Source: a virus (Duplodnaviria; Caudoviricetes). From it: a stretch of DNA of 38,494 bases. The first letter of the stretch is position 1; every line of letters begins with the position of its first letter. Below, piece by piece: positions 18,403 through 26,000 of the stretch. The translations under genes and the position numbers were made by a program. Location of the stretch: positions 1 to 38,494 of IMG/VR virus record IMGVR_UViG_3300032103_000069; one strand, given 5' to 3'. A model generated the notes under the pieces. The model was not told where the DNA came from and searched no databases. It worked only from the letters and a program-made list of their open reading frames with translations.

Positions 18403-18677
18403 TGGCTTTCTTCCCGATCTTCAATTATCCACCGATAATCCTATGCTCCAACCGGAACATCAGGATCCGGCTTCCAAACGGGGAGCCAGCTGAGATCCCG
18501 GAGTCAGAGTTCGGGACGGGGTCATCTGGCAACGAAACGTGGACAGAAGTCAGCCGAGTCACTTCTGTCGTCACCACTGACGCGGGTGAGGTCGAACGCA
18601 TCGACCGACTGGTGATGCAAAAGAGTGGCGGGGGGCAAGTGACCCTCGTTTTCCGGAACACCTCCAGCTCTGAATAG
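18399..18677 (+). CDS. Hypothetical tail protein
   Basis: Overlaps the previous stop; C-terminal W.E.SR.TS.V.....VERI..L......G....L.F motif; within the tail operon. Confidence 0.55.
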   Translation: MMAFFPIFNYPPIILCSNRNIRIRLPNGEPAEIPESEFGTGSSGNETWTEVSRVTSVVTTDAGEVERIDRLVMQKSGGGQVTLVFRNTSSSE

Positions 18678-18685
18678 AGGGTTAT

Positions 18686-19711
18686 ATGTCCACTTCTTTC
18701 CAGCTTCATCAAATCGTCGCGGTTAGCCCGGAGACGGGCGGACCCGTGAGCGGGGCTGAGTTGAGTATTTTCGTTGACGACGGATCAGGTGGTAGAGGAG
18801 CCTTGGTCGGAAGCGTGTTCGGAGTCGGCGGCGAGAGTGTGCCTCAACCCATCACAAGCGGGGCTGACGGGATTATCCGGTTCCGCCTTCCGGCCGGAAC
18901 CTATTTCTTGGAGCTTGAGCATGGTTCGAATCTGACCACTCGCCCAGGATTCATGAGTGGCAATGCCTCCGCTCGGGACACTGGGACTGGATCGAGCCAG
19001 CTTCCGCTTCCGGAAAACCTTCCGGCTGCACTCCTCGGTCGTGTGGCAGCGGGCTCGGACGCGCGGAGGTTCTTCGCATTCAACTCTTCTGCGGCATATG
19101 TCCTCTCGTCCCTGTTCGATGTGACCCCCGTCACCGACCGAACCGCTGCAAAAGTCCTCGCTGTGGACGGAGCGGCTTCCGGCCTAGAGTGGGTGACGTT
19201 GCCGACTGGCGATCTTCCGCCACTAACCGGCCAGGAAGGCAGAGTCCTGCGAGTCGATAATGTGGGAGAGGATGTTGAGTGGGTTAGCGCCTTGGACCTA
19301 GTCTTCCCGTCGTTGACGGGTCAGGGGGGGCGAGTCCTGAGAGTTGGTAGTAGGGAAAAGGACGTCGAGTGGGTGACTGCAAACCCTCCCTACATCATCA
19401 ATCTTTTGACGACTACGGGCGATCGAACCGTGGTCGCCGGTGATCACAATACGATCCTGGAGGCTTCGCAAACAGGGCCAATCAACTACGTTCTGGCTCT
19501 TGACAGCGTAGAATCGGTTCCCGTTGGGACTTTGCTCACTGTGGTCAATGTCGGAACCGGCGAAGTGTCAGTCAGCGCTGCGACAGGGGTCACACTAAAT
19601 GGGGTTGATGGCCTGAGCGTTTCCATGAACAATCGGTGGGATGCGGCCACTCTTTACAAGAGGTCCGCCGACGAATGGGTGATCAGCGGCAAGTTTGGGA
19701 CTCCTCCATGA
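18686..19711 (+). CDS. Tail fibre protein with internal repeats
   Basis: N-terminal P..GA...I......P......DG...F...G.Y.L anchor domain; three ~29-aa repeats (KVLAVD....LEWV, LTGQEGRVLRV....VEWV, LTGQGGRVLRV....VEWV); C-terminal G...TV.N.G.G.V.......V.L..........A.L.K...D.W...G domain. Confidence 0.75.
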   Translation: MSTSFQLHQIVAVSPETGGPVSGAELSIFVDDGSGGRGALVGSVFGVGGESVPQPITSGADGIIRFRLPAGTYFLELEHGSNLTTRPGFMSGNASARDTGTGSSQLPLPENLPAALLGRVAAGSDARRFFAFNSSAAYVLSSLFDVTPVTDRTAAKVLAVDGAASGLEWVTLPTGDLPPLTGQEGRVLRVDNVGEDVEWVSALDLVFPSLTGQGGRVLRVGSREKDVEWVTANPPYIINLLTTTGDRTVVAGDHNTILEASQTGPINYVLALDSVESVPVGTLLTVVNVGTGEVSVSAATGVTLNGVDGLSVSMNNRWDAATLYKRSADEWVISGKFGTPP

Positions 19712-20262
19712 GCTGGAGAATCGTTGACCCTATTCAGCGAGCTCGTGGCAGCCGGTTCCTAGTTGCGACCTATGAGTTTCGGCGGACAACCTCATTCCGG
19801 ACCATTTATCAGTTCCCTGTCTATCCGAACTTCTCTGGGTGGCCTCGTCCTTTTCCAATTTACAGCCGATGGGCTTTCCGAGCGGTGGGGGTTGCGGGGA
19901 CTTCCGCACCTACCCAAGCTCAGCTTGAGTCGGCGGCTGGAAATGAGATGGTGCAGATGCGACACTGGTTCACTCGGCCGGATCCGCAAAGACCCAATGA
20001 GATTCCGACAGCTCCCCCCAGCTTGGAGTTTTTCGTCGGCTATGGGCCTCTGACAGCCTCCGTCTATGGGACGGCTCTGACTAGAACGTTCGTGACTTTC
20101 CCGGCCTCAGAGGGAGCAGCGGCTTGGGTGAACTATGTTCCAGCTCCCCACAGAATGGCGCGAGTCAATGCTCATACCGGGCTTTCCCTGAACATTTCCT
20201 TCGCTCCCGTGGAGGTGTTCATTGACAATGCCTTCTCACTGATCAGCGTGGAACCCGGGTGA
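19708..20262 (+). CDS. Hypothetical virion protein
   Basis: ATGA overlap with the fibre gene and GTGA overlap with the next gene; start moved to 19708. Confidence 0.6.
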   Translation: MSWRIVDPIQRARGSRFLVATYEFRRTTSFRTIYQFPVYPNFSGWPRPFPIYSRWAFRAVGVAGTSAPTQAQLESAAGNEMVQMRHWFTRPDPQRPNEIPTAPPSLEFFVGYGPLTASVYGTALTRTFVTFPASEGAAAWVNYVPAPHRMARVNAHTGLSLNISFAPVEVFIDNAFSLISVEPG

Positions 20263-20957
20263 TGTCCTTAATCCTTGGTCGAATCGGATGGGACTTGGCG
20301 GGCGCAGCTTCTATGCCCCCTGCGGATCCCCACACATGGTATAATGCCCTATCTCTGACACTGGACCTCGGAGATCCGGCGCCGATCAACAACCAAACCC
20401 TTCGGATGCGGTTCTCCACGCCCCCCCTTCAAGGACCGGCTGGCGACCATGTTCGCATTCGGTTGCGAGGGTCGAATGTTGCCCTTAGTGTGACCAGGGT
20501 CAATGAGGCGTGGATCGGTAAAGTTGCCAAGGCGACTTCCGGCACACCGATGAACGACGGTGTCCGACTCACGTTCAATAACGGAAGCGCGGAAGTTGTC
20601 ATTGGAACTAACGGCGAGGAGTTCAGCGACGCCGAACCGTTTGTGTTCAACCCCGAAACTCACGACCTGATTGTCAGCCTATTCATTCAATCAGGGACGA
20701 ACTATGCTCCCGATCTGAATCCGGCACCGACCGGGGTGACTGGTATCAACGTGAGTGGAAATAGCGCGTCTTCGTCTTTGTCTCTTGGGGCTGGGACTAC
20801 AGTCGCCTGGATAGTAGACTTGATTCAGGGGAATGCCGAGTATGTGCCCCCCGAAGTTCCGTATTCGCCCCCGGCGGGTGACAATGTCACCCTCAACTTC
20901 ACTGGAACGTATTCGCCCCCGGCTGGCGATAATGTCACCCTCAACTTTGATAATTGA
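20259..20957 (+). CDS. Putative tail/receptor-binding protein with duplicated C-terminal YSPPAGDNVTLNF motif
   Basis: Beta-rich; VRIRL.G...........AWIG and LTFN.G lectin-like pattern; C-terminal tandem motif. Confidence 0.6.
   Translation: MMSLILGRIGWDLAGAASMPPADPHTWYNALSLTLDLGDPAPINNQTLRMRFSTPPLQGPAGDHVRIRLRGSNVALSVTRVNEAWIGKVAKATSGTPMNDGVRLTFNNGSAEVVIGTNGEEFSDAEPFVFNPETHDLIVSLFIQSGTNYAPDLNPAPTGVTGINVSGNSASSSLSLGAGTTVAWIVDLIQGNAEYVPPEVPYSPPAGDNVTLNFTGTYSPPAGDNVTLNFDN
20860..20947 (+). repeat. Tandem 40-bp repeat (48-bp period) encoding YSPPAGDNVTLNF twice
   Basis: cgtattcgcccccggcgggtgacaatgtcaccctcaactt vs cgtattcgcccccggctggcgataatgtcaccctcaactt; the three differences are synonymous. Confidence 0.9.
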
Positions 20958-20966
20958 GAGGCTACA

Positions 20967-21851
20967 ATGGCGCAGTGGACAAAGCTCTTCCCGTCAAGGT
21001 TCGGCTCGGTGGACACCACCATCCCAGCGTCAGCGTCAGGGTTTTCCGACATAACAGCCGGATCAGCCATCACCGGATGGCGCCCATGGTATGAGATCCC
21101 GGGCGGATTTGCTCGGGAGGGCGGCGGAGGTTTCGTGGGGTCTCTTAGGATCACTGCGAACAACTCCGCAACTCAGGCTCACGAAATCATGGCTGTTCTT
21201 CCCGGGCCGGTTGTCAACCAAAACGCGGGAGTCATGCTGCGTTCGCCCGCTTCGTGGAACTCTTCTCCGAATGGGCATGTCCGGGCTTACCTCTGGGGGG
21301 ACGGGCGCTTTTACGTTGATCGGCGATCCACTACCAGCGGAAATGCCATAGTGGGGAGTATTGATCTTGTGACCCTTGGGCGATCAACACGTCCGATCCT
21401 TTGCCGAGTTCGAGTGGGCGGGATTGCCACCGCCACACAGGTTCAGGCGAAAGCGTGGTCTTTCCAGCAACCCGAGCCCGATTCCTGGGACATTAACACG
21501 ACACTGAGCATCGCTCTAAACAATGACGGCCATCCCATCCTTTACCGAGACGGAACCGGGTTCCTGGGATTCTTTGGAATGGCCTTCAGCATCGGGACGA
21601 ACGGCGATTCGGCCCCCAGCTTCGTTGGAGTTATCTCCGGGCAGGTCCGCGTCAACGGAATTCCCCAAAGCGGGCGAGCGGTTCGAATAGTCGCCCGGGA
21701 AGATCCCGGATACCACTGGGACGCGGTTAGTGACGGATCGGGCAACTATTCCGTCAGGGTGATCAGGGGATTCACATATTCCGTCTTCGCCCTCGACCCC
21801 CTTGTGGGCAACTTCAATGCGCCGATTGCGGACAAAGTCGTCCCAGTCTAG
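20967..21851 (+). CDS. Tail-associated protein, lectin-like domain plus C-terminal transthyretin/carboxypeptidase-regulatory-like domain
   Basis: AKAW....EP..W concanavalin-like motif; C-terminal ISG.V..NG.P...R.V.......SD.SG.Y.......Y.V.A.D....NA.IAD.V.P; GAGG RBS. Confidence 0.65.
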   Translation: MAQWTKLFPSRFGSVDTTIPASASGFSDITAGSAITGWRPWYEIPGGFAREGGGGFVGSLRITANNSATQAHEIMAVLPGPVVNQNAGVMLRSPASWNSSPNGHVRAYLWGDGRFYVDRRSTTSGNAIVGSIDLVTLGRSTRPILCRVRVGGIATATQVQAKAWSFQQPEPDSWDINTTLSIALNNDGHPILYRDGTGFLGFFGMAFSIGTNGDSAPSFVGVISGQVRVNGIPQSGRAVRIVAREDPGYHWDAVSDGSGNYSVRVIRGFTYSVFALDPLVGNFNAPIADKVVPV

Positions 21852-21861
21852 GAGAACTAGT

Positions 21862-22311
21862 GTGGTTCGTGGAACGATCCAGCATCACCTCCAGGATTGG
21901 TTCAGCCTGCTATTGACGGGCCTTGGGGTCAGCTTCTCAGCCAATGTCTACATCGGGGGGACCATCCTAGCCCTCGCTGGGGCGTCGGTGGCGATGCGAT
22001 CGGATCCGCAACACGATGATCGGGAACTGTGGCTCGTTTTCCTTTCGGCCTTCCTCGTGGCGCATGTTGCAGCGATGATCGGCCATTGGTTTCAACCCAA
22101 CTTCCCACCTCAGATCGTTATGTTCACGGCGGGGTTTCTGAGCCGCAAGATCGTCAGGCTGGCCATGCGGGTCGCCAGCTTGATGGAGGCGCGGGGGGAC
22201 TCCATCGCCAACCGAATCGTTGACCGGGTCCTCCCTCCCCGAGGTCAGCGACAGTCGGCGGAGGATGTTCCCCCCGTTGTCTCCTCTAACCCACAAAAAG
22301 AAGAGCAGTGA
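21862..22311 (+). CDS. Putative holin
   Basis: AGGAG RBS then GTG 21862; 3-4 hydrophobic segments and a charged C-terminus; directly before the endolysin. Confidence 0.7.
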   Translation: MVRGTIQHHLQDWFSLLLTGLGVSFSANVYIGGTILALAGASVAMRSDPQHDDRELWLVFLSAFLVAHVAAMIGHWFQPNFPPQIVMFTAGFLSRKIVRLAMRVASLMEARGDSIANRIVDRVLPPRGQRQSAEDVPPVVSSNPQKEEQ

Positions 22312-22312
22312 C

Positions 22313-22924
22313 ATGGATCGCGTTCGTCTTAGGCTTTCTGGTATATCCAGCCCCGAGGCTGATTCTCGGGCTGCTCGCCGTAAGATTCTTGAGGACCTTG
22401 CCTCCGAGCTGAAGTTTCCTGGATGCCGGATCGACGGTATCGTCATCCACTGGTCGGCGGGGGCCTACGGCCTCAATTCCCAGGAGGAGGGGGCCTACCA
22501 CTTCGTCGTTCAGCCCGATGGTCGTGTCCAGCGGGGGCAGTTCACTCTTGCTCAGCAGACTCCACCACTGGTGTTCAACCCTCGGAGCTATGCGGCTCAT
22601 ACGAAAGGGTTCAATAGCTATCGGGCGGGAGTCTCCATGGACGCAATGGGTGGAGCCGTGGAGCGACCGTTCAACCCCGGCCGATGGCCAGTCACTGAAG
22701 AGCAAGTGTCCCGAACCTGCGAGCTCTGTGCCGCGATTCTGAAGTTCTATGGCCTGGAGCTGAGCCGAAACACGGTCAACACTCACGCCGAAGTTCCAAT
22801 CGTCCACGGTCGGCCGCAACCGGGCAAATGGGACGTCAACTGGCTCCCCTGGATGCGAGCCCCCGTCGCGCCTCTGGTGGCTGGAGATATCCTGCGGGAG
22901 CAAATCAAGGAGTTCATGAGTTGA
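22313..22924 (+). CDS. Endolysin, N-acetylmuramoyl-L-alanine amidase (Amidase_2-like)
   Basis: IVIHWSAG, YHFVV..DG, AAHT...N and THAE....GKWD Zn-amidase motifs; start set at ATG 22313. Confidence 0.85.
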   Translation: MDRVRLRLSGISSPEADSRAARRKILEDLASELKFPGCRIDGIVIHWSAGAYGLNSQEEGAYHFVVQPDGRVQRGQFTLAQQTPPLVFNPRSYAAHTKGFNSYRAGVSMDAMGGAVERPFNPGRWPVTEEQVSRTCELCAAILKFYGLELSRNTVNTHAEVPIVHGRPQPGKWDVNWLPWMRAPVAPLVAGDILREQIKEFMS

Positions 22925-23286
22925 CACATTCACGGTTGTGGCTGGTCCTCTGCTTTATGACTGTTCTAGGTGGAGCTACGGCGACCGCTTGGTATTACAG
23001 GGGGGCATACCTCAGCGCCGCCTCGAGGGCTCTACAGGCGGAGTCCGAGGTCGCCAGTTATCGGGATGCCCAGCGTATTCTGGACCAGCATTTGCGCCAA
23101 GCTCAGGTTGACCGTGATCGGTGGGAACAAACCGTTCGAGAGTTGGAGACCGTCGATGGTGTGGATGAACCGCTCAGCCCTTATCTTCGCGGGGTTCTTG
23201 ATCGGGTGCGGACCCCGAGTAGAGGTCCAGTCCGTCGTCCCCGAGAGCCTCACCGAACCCGTCATCGTAGAGTGCCCGATGGGTGA
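22921..23286 (+). CDS. Inner-membrane spanin (Rz-like)
   Basis: AAGGAG RBS then TTG overlapping the endolysin stop; N-terminal TM helix (LWLVLCFMTVLGGATATAWYY) followed by a coiled coil. Confidence 0.75.
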   Translation: MTHSRLWLVLCFMTVLGGATATAWYYRGAYLSAASRALQAESEVASYRDAQRILDQHLRQAQVDRDRWEQTVRELETVDGVDEPLSPYLRGVLDRVRTPSRGPVRRPREPHRTRHRRVPDG

Positions 23287-23389
23287 GACCGCTCGGGTCT
23301 TCGGCAACTGTGTGATACGGCTGAGGGCGGGCCTGGACGAATCGAATAGTCGGCTTGAAGCCATCCGCCAAATGTTGACCCCTCGGTGA
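23165..23389 (+). CDS. Outer-membrane lipoprotein spanin (Rz1-like)
   Basis: MNRSALIFAGFLIG-C signal with lipobox; P..LT.P...C pattern; overlaps the 3' end of Rz in another frame. Confidence 0.8.
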   Translation: MNRSALIFAGFLIGCGPRVEVQSVVPESLTEPVIVECPMGETARVFGNCVIRLRAGLDESNSRLEAIRQMLTPR

Positions 23390-23408
23390 TGCCGGGGGCC
23401 TTGAAGTC

Positions 23409-23618
23409 TTACGACCCCAGCTTGGCGGATTGGCGAACCTTCGAACCTGTGAACCCGCTTGTGAGGGTGGAGAGGCTGATAGTTCCTTTGACGTTCCAGA
23501 CAGCCTTGATTACCAGAGGCTTGTGAGCCGGGGCCTTTTCTTCGGCCACAGTGGCTTCTGGTTCGAGGCGGAAGGTGTTCTCGCCAGCGGCGGGGATCTG
23601 GTCGAAGCTGAGGGCCAT
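23409..23618 (-). CDS. Hypothetical protein
   Basis: 69 aa; last gene of the minus arm, converging on the spanin; weak RBS (AAAGAG). Confidence 0.4.
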   Translation of the reverse strand: MALSFDQIPAAGENTFRLEPEATVAEEKAPAHKPLVIKAVWNVKGTISLSTLTSGFTGSKVRQSAKLGS

Positions 23619-23806
23619 GGCGGCAGCTCTTTCGGGTGTGGTGTGAAGTCCGGGCTGTGGGCCAGCGGTTGTCGCTGGCCCATGAGCTCAATGTAGGCCA
23701 CGAATGCGAGGATTGCAATCACTGATATTCGGGAGACCCCCGCCGCCCTGGACGGTCAAAGCGGGCGGGGGCACTATCGTGGCCGCAGTCAGAGCAGTTT
23801 CATAGC

Positions 23807-24001
23807 CTACTCGGCTTCTGAGACAACTTCTTGCCAATGGCGGAAGGCATCCTCCGGACTGCCGCCCCCCGCCCGGACGCAGCACCTGATCGTCATCGTA
23901 CCGACGGAGTATGTTTCACGGGGTTCGGTATAGAGAACCTCCGGGGCATTCCCGCAGATAGGGCAAGCTCTGGCCTCGTGGGGGTGTTTAGTCTCAACCA
24001 T
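23807..24001 (-). CDS. Lar-like (restriction alleviation) zinc-finger protein
   Basis: CPICG..P......I.CC......A...W pattern; TGATG coupling with the upstream gene. Confidence 0.55.
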   Translation of the reverse strand: MVETKHPHEARACPICGNAPEVLYTEPRETYSVGTMTIRCCVRAGGGSPEDAFRHWQEVVSEAE

Positions 24002-24288
24002 CAGAGCATGTCCCTAGTGATCGCCAGTCCCCCCGGGAGCTGCTCCGGGGGGCAGTTTTCACACGGCGGACCCTTGTCCCTCGCCTTTTCTCGGTGATCC
24101 TCGACCCGCCTCATCACCCTCAGATCCAAACGCTTGGCGAGGAACGCTTCTGCTTCGTGAGATTGCAGCTCCCTGACACGGCGGAGCTTGACCGGCTGGC
24201 AGTTCTGATTGGTCATCGGAGGCCCGTCCGTCACCTGAGAACACCAGCTCCCCGTGACGATGAGTCGTTCACTGTAATAGAGCGTCAT
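24001..24288 (-). CDS. Hypothetical protein
   Basis: ATGA overlap with the helicase and TGATG overlap with the Lar-like gene. Confidence 0.5.
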   Translation of the reverse strand: MTLYYSERLIVTGSWCSQVTDGPPMTNQNCQPVKLRRVRELQSHEAEAFLAKRLDLRVMRRVEDHREKARDKGPPCENCPPEQLPGGLAITRDML

Positions 24289-25997
24289 TCGTCTTCCTCC
24301 AGTTTGAGAGTGTCCTTGAGAAGGTGTTCGGGAACCCAGACGTGGTCAGCGATCGTCCGCTTGGTCCGAAGGGCCTCGGCGATGACTTCGTCCAAAGAAT
24401 TCGGCACGACGAGGTCGACATAGGTGCAGCGGTTCTTCTGGCCGATCCGGTGGATCCGATCTTCCGACTGCCACCGAACAGCCGCGTTGAACGTGTTGGA
24501 GTAGTAGACAGCGAGGCTCCACCATGGCATGTCCAGGCCAGTGGAGGCGGACTCGTTGGCGACAAGCCAGTCTACTTGACTGCGCTCCGTGATCCGTTGC
24601 CGCTCTTCAGCGCTGGTGGCGCCGACATGGACCCCGACCCGATACCCGGCTTCTCTGAGGGCCTTCTCCACGAGGCGGACCTCGGGTAGATACCGACACC
24701 AGACGATTCCGCCTCCGGGGTTTTGCTCCGAGATATTCAACAGAGCCTTGATTTTGTTTGACGGAACGGGGTGCGCGATCTTCTCGTTGTCGAAGACAAA
24801 CCCCCCGAGGATCTGCTGGAGCTTTGTCATCTTGGAGATGGCGAGGGGGGCTGTGATTTCAACCCCAGACGACAGCTCTGCCGCCATTGCGCGCTTCATC
24901 TCCCGATAAATTCGCAGTTGTTCCTTGTCCCATTCCACTTGGACGATAGAATACACCTTCTCTGGGAGGTCCAGGCACTCGTCCTTTGTCACACGAAAGC
25001 TGACCCCTTCCAGCATGTCAGACAGCCGCTTCAGGTTCTGATAGCCTCTGATCCGCATAGCCCCCCTCGGGGCTCCGTAGATCTGCTCCAGTTGGCAGAA
25101 CTCTCGGTTGAAACTGGTCTGGCTCCGGTGCCCGAAGATCGTTGGCGACAAGATCTTGATCTGTGAGAACAGGTTCTCGATACCATCAGTTATCGGCGAC
25201 CCCGTCAAGATCCGGCGATAGGCGCACGACGGAGCGATCGCATGGACGAATTCGCTTCGCTTGGACTTCGCGTTTGCATACTGGTGCGACTCGTCGACGA
25301 TTAGGATGGCTCTCTTGCCGAACATTGCAACGAGATCGGCCAGTAATTCTTGGGCGCTGGCCGATGACAGGCTTTCGGTCGCGAACGCGAACACCCGGAG
25401 CCCGGCTTTGAATCTCGTGACTTCGTCCAGCCGCGTCTTGTCCCTGGCCCGCATTGACGACCGATGGGCAAACCCCCTCCATTCCACCTCGCTGGTCATG
25501 TGTTGAGGAATCGCTTGCTCTACCCATTGCCGATGGACACCATTCGGTGCGAGGATGAACATCGTGTCCACATGGCCCTGGATAGCTAGGCTCCCTGTGA
25601 CATCCACTGCCAACTTAGACTTTCCGGTTCCCATTTCCATGAAGTAGGCGAAGAACTCAGAGTTCCGGCTGATGGCGAAGGCCTTTCGCTGGTGATGGAA
25701 GGGCTGCGTCTTGAACGGGAAGGCGGAAGCCTCTGGGGGCAATTCAGAAGCCTTCTGAAGACGGACTGCTTGCCCGGCTTGCCGTGCCCCAAGGTAATCG
25801 TCAATCGCTGGCAAACCGAGCTCTGAAGCAGTCGGAAACGTCTCTAGGATGGCTTGGATGTTGGCGCCTGTGGCGTCCACGAACAGTTTCCCATCCTTCC
25901 ACCGACGCTTCCCGGGTAGCCTCCCGGAAAGATCGATGACTGCCGGGGTTGCGCGGTCAAAGATCAGAGTTGTCACACCCCGCTGGATTAGTGCCAC
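24285..25997 (-). CDS. SNF2-like superfamily 2 DNA helicase
   Basis: PFHHQ Q-motif, MEMGTGKS, IVDESH, LTGSP, STGLDM and QSEDRIHRIGQ motifs. Confidence 0.92.
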   Translation of the reverse strand: MALIQRGVTTLIFDRATPAVIDLSGRLPGKRRWKDGKLFVDATGANIQAILETFPTASELGLPAIDDYLGARQAGQAVRLQKASELPPEASAFPFKTQPFHHQRKAFAISRNSEFFAYFMEMGTGKSKLAVDVTGSLAIQGHVDTMFILAPNGVHRQWVEQAIPQHMTSEVEWRGFAHRSSMRARDKTRLDEVTRFKAGLRVFAFATESLSSASAQELLADLVAMFGKRAILIVDESHQYANAKSKRSEFVHAIAPSCAYRRILTGSPITDGIENLFSQIKILSPTIFGHRSQTSFNREFCQLEQIYGAPRGAMRIRGYQNLKRLSDMLEGVSFRVTKDECLDLPEKVYSIVQVEWDKEQLRIYREMKRAMAAELSSGVEITAPLAISKMTKLQQILGGFVFDNEKIAHPVPSNKIKALLNISEQNPGGGIVWCRYLPEVRLVEKALREAGYRVGVHVGATSAEERQRITERSQVDWLVANESASTGLDMPWWSLAVYYSNTFNAAVRWQSEDRIHRIGQKNRCTYVDLVVPNSLDEVIAEALRTKRTIADHVWVPEHLLKDTLKLEEDE

Positions 25998-26000
25998 TTG

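Noticed and set aside
20860-20947. Repeat at the 3' end of a tail gene as a diversity-generating retroelement VR/TR pair
   Set aside because: No reverse transcriptase in the genome; the copies are adjacent, in frame, and differ at synonymous non-adenine-specific positions.
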